A DNA stretch of 40,000 bases from Jejubacter calystegiae (GCF_005671395.1 NZ_CP040428.1:4558185-4598184), one strand, 5' to 3'. Numbered from the stretch's first letter, positions 1 to 9,854 are shown. The notes: a model not told the origin generated them from the sequence alone. A program made the numbers and translations.

Positions 1-1005
<1,005 letters not shown>

Positions 1006-1012
<7 letters not shown>

Positions 1013-1620
1013 CAGAGAAACAGACAGAGGCGCTGGACTGGGCCAAAACCGACAATATGATCCCCGCCATCGTCCAGCATGCGGCATCCGGCGAGGTGCT
1101 GATGCTCGGCTATATGACGCCGGAAGCGCTGAAGCAAACCCAGGAGAGCGGTAACGTCACTTTCTATTCACGCAGCAAACAGCGGCTGTGGACCAAGGGT
1201 GAAAGTTCCGGCCACTTCCTGAAGCTGGTCAGTATTGCGGCGGACTGCGATAACGACACTCTGCTGATTCAGGCTAACCCCATCGGCCCCACCTGCCATA
1301 AAGGCACCACCAGCTGCTTTGGCGATGCGCCACAGCACCAGTGGCTGTTCCTGTATCAGCTCGAACAGCTGCTGGCGGAGCGTAAACAGGCCGCCCCTGA
1401 AAGCTCTTATACCGCGAAGCTCTACGCCAGCGGCACCAAGCGTATTGCCCAGAAGGTGGGCGAAGAAGGGGTGGAAACCGCGCTGGCCGCCACGGTGCAC
1501 GACCGTGAAGAGCTGGTTAATGAAGCTTCCGACCTGGTCTACCATCTGCTGGTGCTTCTTCAGGATCAGCAGCTCGATTTAGGGGCGGTGATTGAGAATT
1601 TGCGGGGCAGGCATCAGTAG
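1006..1620 (+). CDS. hisI: Bifunctional phosphoribosyl-AMP cyclohydrolase / phosphoribosyl-ATP pyrophosphatase HisIE
   Basis: 204-aa ORF with a GTG start at 1006 overlapping the hisF stop (GTGTTAA). It contains [10 protein letters not shown] and CHKGTTSCF (cyclohydrolase half) plus a C-terminal PRA-PH half ([18 protein letters not shown]). It is the last gene of the his operon and is followed by a terminator. Confidence 0.96.
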
Positions 1621-1637
1621 TTACGTCTCCCCGGATC

Positions 1638-1673
1638 AAAAAAGCCCGCCGTTTTTTAACGGCGGGCTTTTTT
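1638..1673. terminator. Bidirectional rho-independent terminator shared by the convergent his operon and wzzB
   Basis: aaaaaa-GCCCGCCGTT-tttt-AACGGCGGGC-tttttt. This is a perfect 10-bp GC-rich stem (1644-1653 / 1658-1667) flanked by an A-run on the left and a T-run on the right, so either strand gives a stem followed by a U-tract. It lies 18 nt after the hisIE stop and 17 nt after the wzzB stop. Confidence 0.85.
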
Positions 1674-1689
1674 ATTCGATGGCTATAGA

Positions 1690-2679
1690 TTACGCGGCAG
1701 GCTTATAGTTACGCAGCGCGTTGCGAACCAACACCACGCCGGAACCAATCATCCCACCCAGTAACGCCGCCAGTACCAGCGTCAGGCCACGCTTCGGGCT
1801 ATCACGCCGTACCGGCAGATTAGGCTTCATCACATAGTGGAATGAGCTACTGATATCCGGCTTCTGGGCCAGTGCCTTCACCGCCAGATAGGACTGCAGG
1901 GTATTATAGTACTGATCTTTCAATGGCAGCGGGCGGGTAGATTCATTCTTAAGGGTTGCCGACAACGCATCGGTTCCCAGCACAAACAGCGTATCCTCAG
2001 AAAGGGTCTCCGCCTGTCTAACCATAGTATCCTTGATATTGCTCTGCTCGGCCACCTTTAGCGCCTGACGCAGAATCTCCAGCCGCTGCTCGCGCTGGGC
2101 CTTTGCCGAGGCTTCCTGAGCATCCAGCGAGCTCTTAAGATCCTTCATGGTGGCGTTGATATTGGTCACCAAATCAGCGTTCAGTTCATCAATAACCCGC
2201 TGGTTAATCTTATCAATATAGGCAGTGAGGGTTTTACGCGCTTCTTCAGCGCTGGAGCCGACGTAGCTGATTTTAAGCGGTACCGACTGTCCTTTTACCG
2301 CTGGTTCAATGGCTAATGACTCTGGTTTTTCCTGATTATCCAGCTCTTCGGAAAGTGCCGAAATCAGAGAGTTAAAGCGGGTAAAGAAACGATTCTGGAT
2401 ATCGCTAACTGACGGTGCCGATCCCCGATTCTGGCTATAGATAATTCCCATCGAGTTACTGTAGTTAGCAATCTGTCCGGAATCCGGCAGCGTCACAATC
2501 GCTGAAGAGCTCCACTTTTCCTTAGCCACAAACAGATAAGCCACGGTCAGCAGAATAAAGATAATCACAAAGGCGATAATGGTTTTTTTACCGCGCCACA
2601 GCTGCATCAGCAGATCCAGCAGATCGACCGTTTCCGGCGAGCGGCTTACACCTTGTGCCGCCTGAGAATTCTGGTTCAT
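1690..2679 (-). CDS. wzzB: O-antigen chain-length determinant (polysaccharide co-polymerase PCP-1, Wzz/Cld)
   Basis: 329 aa. The N-terminus has DLLDLLMQLWRGKKTIIAFVIIFILLTVAYLF (TM1), followed by a long coiled periplasmic region. The C-terminus has PVRRDSPKRGLTLVLAALLGGMIGSGVVLVRNALRNY (Pro/Gly-rich TM2). It is colinear with E. coli WzzB as recalled and sits in the canonical position next to hisIE. Confidence 0.93.
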   Translation of the reverse strand: MNQNSQAAQGVSRSPETVDLLDLLMQLWRGKKTIIAFVIIFILLTVAYLFVAKEKWSSSAIVTLPDSGQIANYSNSMGIIYSQNRGSAPSVSDIQNRFFTRFNSLISALSEELDNQEKPESLAIEPAVKGQSVPLKISYVGSSAEEARKTLTAYIDKINQRVIDELNADLVTNINATMKDLKSSLDAQEASAKAQREQRLEILRQALKVAEQSNIKDTMVRQAETLSEDTLFVLGTDALSATLKNESTRPLPLKDQYYNTLQSYLAVKALAQKPDISSSFHYVMKPNLPVRRDSPKRGLTLVLAALLGGMIGSGVVLVRNALRNYKPAA

Positions 2680-2831
2680 AGTAACCTTTAAAAATTAACC
2701 CCAAAAACCATCAAAGAAACTGCCCACAAAAGATATGCGGCAAGAAGTATCGCATACTCCCCCGAAAATCGCCGGGGCCACTTTACTAAGAAAAGGTTGA
2801 AAATGCGATTTATCTAATGCCGGATAGCGAA

Positions 2832-2860
2832 ATAATCGGCACTCGACAACAGTTCAGCAA
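2832..2860 (-). promoter_or_regulatory. Candidate sigma70 promoter for wzzB (TTGCTG - 17 nt - GATTAT)
   Basis: The - strand reads TTGCTG (2860-2855), aactgttgtcgagtgcc (17 nt), GATTAT (2837-2832). This is about 150 nt upstream of the wzzB ATG and downstream of the gnd terminator. It is a motif match only. Confidence 0.25.
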
Positions 2861-2952
2861 TCTTTGATCTCGTATACTAACCGACTACTTTAGCGCTATT
2901 ACCTCCGCCGTTGACGGAGATAGTCTCTCTACTTCCAGTAGTCCCTTTGATA

Positions 2953-2984
2953 ATAAAAAAAACCAGCTGATAAATCAGCTGGTT
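2953..2984 (-). terminator. Rho-independent terminator downstream of gnd
   Basis: The - strand reads AACCAGCTGA-ttta-TCAGCTGGTT followed by ttttttttat. The 10-bp perfect stem is 2961-2970 / 2975-2984 and the T-run corresponds to the A-run at 2953-2960. It lies 26 nt after the gnd stop. Confidence 0.8.
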
Positions 2985-3009
2985 TTCAGGTGACTAATTA
3001 AGAATTAGC

Positions 3010-4422
3010 TTAATCTTCCAGCCACTCGGTATGGAACACGCCCTCTTTATCGGTACGCTTATAGGTATGGGCACCGAAATAGTCGCGCTGAGCCTGAATC
3101 AGGTTGGCCGGCAGCACGGCAGAGCGATAGCTATCGTAGTAGGAGATAGCCGCAGAGAAGGTCGGGGTCGGGATACCATTCTGTACCGCATAAGCCACTA
3201 CATCACGCAGCGCCTGCTGATACTCATCGGCAATCTGCTTAAAGTACGGCGCCAGCAGCAGGTTGGCAATGGCCGGGTTCTGCTCATAGGCATCGGTGAT
3301 CTTCTGCAGGAATTGAGCACGGATAATGCAACCAGCGCGGAAGATTTTGGCGATTTCGCCGTAGTTGAGATCCCAGTTGTATTCGTCAGACGCAGCGCGC
3401 AGCTGTGAGAAGCCCTGCGCATAGGAGACGATTTTACCCAGGTACAGGGCACGACGTACTTTTTCGCTAAATTCGGCTTTATCACCCGCGAAAGGCTGAG
3501 ACTGCGGACCGGTCAGCACTTTAGAAGCCGCCACACGCTGCTCTTTCAGGGAAGAGATATAGCGTGCGAATACTGACTCAGTGATTAATGACAGCGGTTC
3601 ACCGAGATCCAGCGAGCTCTGGCTGGTCCATTTACCGGTGCCTTTGTTCGCCGCTTCGTCCAGAATTACGTCGACCAGATAGTTACCAGCATCGTCTTTT
3701 TTGGTGAAGATATCCTTGGTAATATCGATCAGGTAGCTGCTTAGTTCACCTTTGTTCCACTCAGAGAAGGTAGTCGCCAGCTCTTCATTGGACAGGTTCA
3801 GACCGTGCTTGAGCAGGGAATAGGCTTCAGCAATCAGCTGCATATCGCCGTATTCGATACCGTTATGCACCATCTTCACATAGTGACCGGCACCGTCTGC
3901 GCCAATATAGGCCACACAGGGCTCACCGTCTTCGGCAACGGCAGCAATCTGCTTCAGGATCGGTGCCACCAGCTCATAAGCTTCTTTCTGACCGCCAGGC
4001 ATAATGGAAGGCCCTTTCAGCGCCCCCTCTTCACCACCAGAAACCCCGGTACCGATAAAATTGAAGCCTTCGGCAGAGAGTTCACGGTTGCGACGGATAG
4101 TGTCCTGGAAGAAGGTATTACCACCGTCGATCAGGATATCCCCTTTTTCCAGGTACGGCTTCAGCGACTCGATAGTCTTATCAGTGCCCTCACCGGCCTT
4201 CACCATCAACAGGATACGACGCGGCTTTTCAAGGGATTCAACAAACTCCTGTACCGTAAAGTGCGGCACCAACTTCTTGCTGGGATTTTCGGCAATCACT
4301 TCGTCGGTCTTTTCACGGGAGCGGTTGAAAACGGAAACGGTATAGCCACGGCTTTCGATGTTGAGCGCCAGATTGCGCCCCATCACTGCCATACCGACAA
4401 CGCCGATTTGTTGTTTGGACAT
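3010..4422 (-). CDS. gnd: 6-phosphogluconate dehydrogenase, decarboxylating
   Basis: 470-aa [42 protein letters not shown]...HTEWLED with a Rossmann GxxGxxG N-terminus, highly similar to E. coli Gnd as recalled. SD caGGAGtatgtaATG. It forms the canonical 3' flank of O-antigen loci. Confidence 0.97.
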   Translation of the reverse strand: MSKQQIGVVGMAVMGRNLALNIESRGYTVSVFNRSREKTDEVIAENPSKKLVPHFTVQEFVESLEKPRRILLMVKAGEGTDKTIESLKPYLEKGDILIDGGNTFFQDTIRRNRELSAEGFNFIGTGVSGGEEGALKGPSIMPGGQKEAYELVAPILKQIAAVAEDGEPCVAYIGADGAGHYVKMVHNGIEYGDMQLIAEAYSLLKHGLNLSNEELATTFSEWNKGELSSYLIDITKDIFTKKDDAGNYLVDVILDEAANKGTGKWTSQSSLDLGEPLSLITESVFARYISSLKEQRVAASKVLTGPQSQPFAGDKAEFSEKVRRALYLGKIVSYAQGFSQLRAASDEYNWDLNYGEIAKIFRAGCIIRAQFLQKITDAYEQNPAIANLLLAPYFKQIADEYQQALRDVVAYAVQNGIPTPTFSAAISYYDSYRSAVLPANLIQAQRDYFGAHTYKRTDKEGVFHTEWLED

Positions 4423-4578
4423 TACATACTCCTGTCAGGGTGTGGTTGCTGTAATATTGTACGCTGAAACTAATTTCGCGACTAGCTAGGATAATAATCT
4501 ATCTTGTTCTCTGATTTATGACAAATACTGAAAAATAATTTCAGTTAATTTTGAACAAAAAAGAGTCCTCACTAACTA

Positions 4579-5400
4579 TCACCTTTTAGTTCTAAGTGTA
4601 TTGTATACCGCTGTCAAAATATTCACTGGTAATAACCTGGGCAAAGAGCGGATAAATAAAACACCAATAGCTCCTCCTATTCCCTGATAGCCCAGTGCAT
4701 ATTTTAGTTTTGCCAACTTAAATTCACTTAAAATATATGGGATACCTTTGCGACGTTTGAGCATAGACGTTCCTGTCCTAACTTTTACCAAGCTCTCTTT
4801 AAAATTATATGTTTTTTTTCCCGTAGACAACACTCTAAGCCAAAGATTATAGTCCTCCATATAAAGATGATGCCTATAACCACCAACAGAAAGAATGAAG
4901 CTTTTACGGAATACAACTGTCATATGGTTAAAAGGATTTCTTTTTTTTGCGTAACCCACAATATCTTCATGTTCACAAACTGTTATGCGTCGTCCCAGTC
5001 GAATAGAAAAATCTTCGTTGTATTCATCGATCATAGAACCGACTATTGCTATATCAGGATTTTCGTTAATATATGATATCTGTTTTATAAAACGGTCCGA
5101 GCAGCAAATATCGTCAGTATCCATTCTGGCAACAATTTCATTCCTACAATATTTCATCCCTATGTTCAGGGCGTTACCGAGCCCAACATTTTTTTCCAGC
5201 GGAACAGTAGATATAGGTAATATTTCACTATATTTAGACACTACAGCACGCAAACCTTCATCAATATACCCGTCAAAAACTATAACAACCTGCTCTGGCT
5301 TGAGCGATTGTTCATAAAGGCTTTTCAAGCAGGTATCAAGGTTATTTTCCTTTTCTTTATTATATAATGATAACAACACTGAAAATGATATGTAATCCAT
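4579..5400 (-). CDS. Glycosyltransferase family 2 (AmsE/WcaA-like), last gene of the O-antigen cluster
   Basis: The N-terminus MDYISFSVLLSLYNKEKENNLDTCLKSLYEQS...VVIVFDG and a DxD-like RMDTDDI are GT-A/GT2 signatures. I prefer the ATG at 5400 (AGGT SD, typical GT2 N-terminus) over the ORF-track ATG at 5439, which would overlap the upstream gene by 14 nt. AT-rich. Confidence 0.8.
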   Translation of the reverse strand: MDYISFSVLLSLYNKEKENNLDTCLKSLYEQSLKPEQVVIVFDGYIDEGLRAVVSKYSEILPISTVPLEKNVGLGNALNIGMKYCRNEIVARMDTDDICCSDRFIKQISYINENPDIAIVGSMIDEYNEDFSIRLGRRITVCEHEDIVGYAKKRNPFNHMTVVFRKSFILSVGGYRHHLYMEDYNLWLRVLSTGKKTYNFKESLVKVRTGTSMLKRRKGIPYILSEFKLAKLKYALGYQGIGGAIGVLFIRSLPRLLPVNILTAVYNTLRTKR

Positions 5401-5425
5401 AATTCTACCTAAACAATGCCTGATT

Positions 5426-6598
5426 CTATAAAGACACAAGCTTCAACAATTTCTCATAATGCTCGATACAATTCCTTTCTGATTTTAGATTCAGTTTCCC
5501 GGAAATATTCGTGTAGTCATAGACATGACAATCAGTTAAAGCATTCAATAAATCATAGAAAGTATGCACATGAGTTCCAAGTGCAATTTCATTATAATTT
5601 TTAGAAAAACCGACCTTCTCTATATATAATTCAATGTCATATGGTATAAATACTACTGATCTTTTCATTAAAAAATAGTCAATAAATACACTTGAATAAT
5701 CAGTTATTAACTTATCAAACAACGGTAAAAAAGGAGTAATATCAGAAATAACTGTAGAGTCAAATTTGATGACCCGCTTTAATTCATATATACCGACAGG
5801 AAGATCAAATTTATAATATGGATGTTCACGAAGAAATATAAATATATTATTACGTTCTAAATGTTCTTCTAGTTTTCTTAAGTCAAAGTCACCGAAAGGG
5901 AAAAATTTCGTTGTTGCATAGCCTCTCCATGTTGGACAGTATAATATCTTTATAGAGCTATCAATTTCATTTTCACATATGCTACCTATAAAGCCAGATA
6001 ATGAAGAGTTATCTTCATTCGAAAAAACACTATCATTTCTTGGCTGTCCAAGAGGCATATACTCAATTTTATTGTTTTTATTAAATGCGTTAAAAAGAAC
6101 CTCTTCAAAATACTCAGAATAACAAGTCACATGGGTAAAATTCCTGATGCGTAACAGTCTATTTACTTTTCTTAAAAAAGAGATATTATTCTCGGCCATG
6201 CCAATTTTTTTTAATGGGATACCATGCCCTAAATGGTAAACCACTCTTCCTGGCCGTTTAAAGAGAGTATCGGAGGGAGCTTCAAGAGTTGAACACACCC
6301 ATATCTTTGAAGTTAAAATAACAAATTGTCCATAAAAAGTTCTAGAAGAAATCACATTTACGTTATCATTACTGCGGAGCTCTTCCGCTTTATCCCTGTC
6401 ATTCATAACAAAAAAACATTCAAAGGGACTATCTTTTTTATTACGGATAAATTCATAAAGATACTTTGAATTAAAATTATAATTAACATTCCTCGTTGAG
6501 TTAAATATAATCCTATATCTATTCATTGGAATAAAACATGAAACAAGAGATAGAAATGTATCTCTAAGGACAAAAAAAGCATAAGATAGAAAATTCAT
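5426..6598 (-). CDS. CDP-glycerol glycerophosphotransferase, TagB/TagF family
   Basis: 390 aa with the family hallmarks HLGHGIPLKK, ILYCPTWRG and DKLITDYSSVFIDYFLMKRSVVFIPYDIELY (compare YAPTWR and LITDYSS..FD in teichoic-acid primases and polymerases). Its ATG overlaps the upstream GT stop (ATGA). A tagD homologue lies two genes upstream. Confidence 0.85.
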   Translation of the reverse strand: MNFLSYAFFVLRDTFLSLVSCFIPMNRYRIIFNSTRNVNYNFNSKYLYEFIRNKKDSPFECFFVMNDRDKAEELRSNDNVNVISSRTFYGQFVILTSKIWVCSTLEAPSDTLFKRPGRVVYHLGHGIPLKKIGMAENNISFLRKVNRLLRIRNFTHVTCYSEYFEEVLFNAFNKNNKIEYMPLGQPRNDSVFSNEDNSSLSGFIGSICENEIDSSIKILYCPTWRGYATTKFFPFGDFDLRKLEEHLERNNIFIFLREHPYYKFDLPVGIYELKRVIKFDSTVISDITPFLPLFDKLITDYSSVFIDYFLMKRSVVFIPYDIELYIEKVGFSKNYNEIALGTHVHTFYDLLNALTDCHVYDYTNISGKLNLKSERNCIEHYEKLLKLVSL

Positions 6599-7467
6599 TT
6601 AATTACCTTTGTCCTTATGATATATAACAAAGCTGAAGGTATATGATACCACCGACCAGAGAGGAACGTTTTAATATACGCTTTGATTATTGGTTTATTT
6701 TTTGACTTAAACGCATATAATATAAAAATAAATTGCCATTTTTTCTCAGCGCTTATGCCATATATAACATCATAATTTTCTTTATAACATCTAGACATGA
6801 CGTCAAGTGCATTAAGATAAAACCCCTCTGACCTATTTCGACTAATGCTATCGATACCATCCTGATTATATAGATAGCCTATACTATCTTTGATAAATAC
6901 TTTAGGCCTCAGTAAAAAAAAACGACGCCAAAATATTAAAGCATCTCCCCATTTTGATGCTTCATCAAAACCACCGGCATTTATGAAAAAACTCTTTTTA
7001 AAAACATACGGCGGTTTTCCTGCATAGTTAAGTGGTGATTCGAACAAATGTTTTTTTATATCACCTGATTTTATTTTTTCTCTTTGGATAAATCTATTGT
7101 TATCTTTTTCTATCATAATATTACTATAGCAAAGAAAATCAACATCTTTTGTATAAATAATATCTGATATGTCAGAAATAACATTCTGATCGAAGAGAGC
7201 ATCGTCACTATCCAGAAACAGTATATACTCACCACGAGCAATTTCTGCTCCTTTATTTTTAGCAGCCGCAGCTCCACGATTTTCCTGATGAAGATAAAAA
7301 ATCTTCTTATTATCTATATAAGAGGAGATAACATCTACAGATTTATCTGTAGAGCCGTCATCGACCAAAATAATCTCATAATCATTACTATTTTGTTCCA
7401 GGCAGCTCAATAGGGCTGCTTTAATTGTTTTCTCACGATTGTAAATCGTAATAATAATACTAATCAT
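6595..7467 (-). CDS. Glycosyltransferase family 2
   Basis: 290 aa. MISIIITIYNREKTIKAALLSCLEQNSNDYEIILVDDGSTDKS ... ILFLDSDD is the classic GT2 N-terminal GT-A domain with a DxD motif. Confidence 0.85.
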   Translation of the reverse strand: MISIIITIYNREKTIKAALLSCLEQNSNDYEIILVDDGSTDKSVDVISSYIDNKKIFYLHQENRGAAAAKNKGAEIARGEYILFLDSDDALFDQNVISDISDIIYTKDVDFLCYSNIMIEKDNNRFIQREKIKSGDIKKHLFESPLNYAGKPPYVFKKSFFINAGGFDEASKWGDALIFWRRFFLLRPKVFIKDSIGYLYNQDGIDSISRNRSEGFYLNALDVMSRCYKENYDVIYGISAEKKWQFIFILYAFKSKNKPIIKAYIKTFLSGRWYHIPSALLYIIRTKVIK

Positions 7468-7479
7468 CAGAGATTCCTA

Positions 7480-7878
7480 TCATATTTTCCTCACAATTTC
7501 TATTACTTCTGTAGTAGAAATAGCCGGAGTACGTTCCAAATAGATAACCTCACATCCAGTTTTTTCCTTGACCCAATCAAATCTTCCCACCCAGTCATTA
7601 CCCATAACAAGGGTGTCGGCATTATATTCTCGAATATATAAATCCTTAAGATCCAGAGACTCTTCCAAAAAAACTTCATCGACGAATCTTAAGGATGATA
7701 CAATACGAATTCGATCATCTTGTGAGTAAATAGGATATCTATTTTTTTTACTATAATTAAGCTTATCAGATGACACCCCAACAATTAACTTATTACCCAG
7801 GTTGCGGGCTCTTTCTAATATGTTAACGTGACCAACATGAAATACATCAAAAGTACCAAAAGTAATGATAGTTTTCAT
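7480..7878 (-). CDS. tagD: Glycerol-3-phosphate cytidylyltransferase (TagD/TarD family), makes CDP-glycerol
   Basis: 132 aa. MKTIITFGTFDVFHVGHVNILERARNLG.. carries the HxGH motif, plus GNDW and RTPAISTT (RTxGISTT motif). Size and layout are colinear with B. subtilis TagD as recalled. Confidence 0.88.
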   Translation of the reverse strand: MKTIITFGTFDVFHVGHVNILERARNLGNKLIVGVSSDKLNYSKKNRYPIYSQDDRIRIVSSLRFVDEVFLEESLDLKDLYIREYNADTLVMGNDWVGRFDWVKEKTGCEVIYLERTPAISTTEVIEIVRKI

Positions 7879-7891
7879 CTATAATACCTTA

Positions 7892-8803
7892 TTAAAATTT
7901 TCTTTTGCTGAACATGAATAAGAGCAAAAATAACACTGGATATTTAATTGTTTCACACCTTGGTATAGATTTAATTATGGTTTTCAAAAAAAACATTTTC
8001 TTTGTAAAACTATCAACATTATTCATAGACCTAACAGCATCAACTCGCTTTGTCATTTGTCTATAACGATTCACATCCAACATTCGTTTAAATATATTTT
8101 TGTTACCACCAAGCCCACCAGATACATTCTCAGAATGTTGTCTATAGTAGACTAATGGCTTATCAAGATAAAATATCCTTCCAGATTCGAGAGTTTTAAA
8201 GGCTAGCCAGTGATCATGCATAACAAGGGGGTAACGAAAAGGTAATACCAAATTGAGGGCTGCACGATTCATTAATATGGTACATCCCATAACAGACCCC
8301 ATCCAACTTAAATTTTCAATATGTAGATTTCGCTCGGGATTTAGCCCAGAATATTGATAAAAACTAGTAGAGATGACATCTAACCTTTCGTTTACCAGAC
8401 ATAGATCACTATAGATAAGCAAAGGTCCGTTTTCCTTGCCGCATTCCTCTTTTACGGCCTTCTCCAGACAAATTTTTATTTTATCCGTATGCCAGATATC
8501 ATCTTGATCGCTGAGCATAATATAATCAGAACTACTGGCACTTAATCCTCTTTCAAAGTTCTGAATGACACCTCCAGCTCTTTCCTTACTTATGACAATC
8601 ACTCGATTATCTGTTTGTTGGTATAATTCAATTATATTACTGGTTTTATCACTCGAACCATCATCAGTTATAATTAAGGAAATATTTTTATGCGATTGGT
8701 TTAATATTGAATCAATCTGTTCCGCTATGAACTTTTCACCATTATAACAAGCTAATACGACATCTACTTTTATCTTATGGAGGTCAGCATCCATTACATC
8801 CAC
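7892..8803 (-). CDS. Glycosyltransferase family 2 (rhamnosyltransferase-like subgroup)
   Basis: 303 aa. VDVVLACYNGEKFIAEQIDSILNQSHKNISLIITDDGSSDKT ... IMLSDQDDIWHTDKI. The QDDIW-type motif is typical of the WbbL/RgpB-like GT2 subgroup. Substrate is not determinable from sequence alone. Confidence 0.8.
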   Translation of the reverse strand: MDVMDADLHKIKVDVVLACYNGEKFIAEQIDSILNQSHKNISLIITDDGSSDKTSNIIELYQQTDNRVIVISKERAGGVIQNFERGLSASSSDYIMLSDQDDIWHTDKIKICLEKAVKEECGKENGPLLIYSDLCLVNERLDVISTSFYQYSGLNPERNLHIENLSWMGSVMGCTILMNRAALNLVLPFRYPLVMHDHWLAFKTLESGRIFYLDKPLVYYRQHSENVSGGLGGNKNIFKRMLDVNRYRQMTKRVDAVRSMNNVDSFTKKMFFLKTIIKSIPRCETIKYPVLFLLLFMFSKRKF

Positions 8804-8815
8804 CTCTTATACCAA

Positions 8816-9823
8816 TTACGTTGTCAATATAGTTATTGTCAGACGAATACCTTGAATGAGAACAAAAATCAGTAAAACACCTGCACTTAACCATTGAGGT
8901 CTTAACAAGGAAATAACCATAGGGATAAATATGATCATGGCAATCCCAAAAAACTCTGATATCCTTCCAGCAAAAATAGGAACAGGTGCAAGGATATAAT
9001 AACTAACAATGGCAACGGCGATGACTTTAGTGCATATTATCATTAGTGCTGAGGTTGTATCATTATTCCTTTCTTTTATCTTAAACAGCAAAATAAAAAA
9101 AAGAACAGCCTGTCCCAAATGATAAAAATTATACTGATTAAATGTTTCAAATAATCCTGTAGAATTCAAGCCAATGATGTAAGAAGTCAATTTTAATGAT
9201 AAAAAATCGGGTAAATGATTTATTATTGACAATAAAAAATCTTGCGTCAAAAATTTCGAGATCGCAATAGAAAGGATAACAACACTACCAAAAAAAAACT
9301 TATTTATTTTTTTCGCAGAAAACAACAAAGTACAAAACCCTAATATCGCACTATAGTGAAACAAAGCAGCCATGCACTGTAATAAAAATGCCTTCTTTCT
9401 TGATACAGGTATGTATGTTAATGACAGTAAAAAAAATCCAGATGCAACGCCTACCCTTATCTGGGTCAGATCATGCAATGCAAAATAAAGTGCCACATAT
9501 ACAATAAATGCTATAAATTGATAAGCAGGCAATCGTCTGATGGCAATTATTTTAATCCCAATCCCGATAAGAGCATATGCCAGGAAAAAAGTTTCATAAT
9601 CACCATCAAAAAGAAACCTATTAATCAATACAATAGCAATGAAAGTTGGTTCCTGAAGCCATAATTGATCAATAGAACGATTCATCATCTCAATATAAAT
9701 TATTGAATCACGATCGAATCCAGGCGTTCTGAACCCAGCCGTAACAGATAACAATAACCAACAAGAGAAAAAGAAAAAAAACGTTAACTGCCTTTGGTTG
9801 TTTTTTATCATATAAACTACCAA
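8816..9823 (-). CDS. wzy: O-antigen polymerase Wzy (EpsG-like polytopic membrane protein)
   Basis: 335 aa, extremely hydrophobic with about 10 predicted TM segments and no soluble domain. It is very AT-rich and sits next to wzx in an O-antigen locus. An alternative ATG lies at 9811 (MIKNNQ...). The call rests on context and topology because Wzy proteins are poorly conserved. Confidence 0.75.
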   Translation of the reverse strand: MVVYMIKNNQRQLTFFFFFSCWLLLSVTAGFRTPGFDRDSIIYIEMMNRSIDQLWLQEPTFIAIVLINRFLFDGDYETFFLAYALIGIGIKIIAIRRLPAYQFIAFIVYVALYFALHDLTQIRVGVASGFFLLSLTYIPVSRKKAFLLQCMAALFHYSAILGFCTLLFSAKKINKFFFGSVVILSIAISKFLTQDFLLSIINHLPDFLSLKLTSYIIGLNSTGLFETFNQYNFYHLGQAVLFFILLFKIKERNNDTTSALMIICTKVIAVAIVSYYILAPVPIFAGRISEFFGIAMIIFIPMVISLLRPQWLSAGVLLIFVLIQGIRLTITILTT

Positions 9824-9854
9824 CTATAAATAAAAAAAGAAATTTCCATATCCA

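Noticed and set aside
2735-2800. Tiny ORFs in the gnd-wzzB spacer, for example a 21-codon + strand ORF MRQEVSHTPPKIAGATLLRKG.
   Set aside because: There is no SD sequence, the ORF is on the wrong strand relative to the surrounding transcription, and it has no recognisable features. It is most likely chance.
4423-4578. I looked for IS remnants, H-repeat fragments, inverted repeats or integrase/att-like sequences at the composition boundaries of the O-antigen island (4423-4578 and 14559-14987).
   Set aside because: No transposase-like ORF and no terminal inverted or direct repeats are visible. The boundaries coincide with the conserved gnd and galF/JUMPstart flanks. This is consistent with exchange by homologous recombination rather than a mobile element.
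4867-9664. Short + strand ORFs inside the AT-rich O-antigen genes (4867-5076, 4985-5317, 5416-5604, 8565-8747, 9473-9664).
   Set aside because: They are antisense to well-supported GT, TagF-like and Wzy genes. Their peptides are low-complexity (I/F/S/K-rich), with no motifs and no start context.
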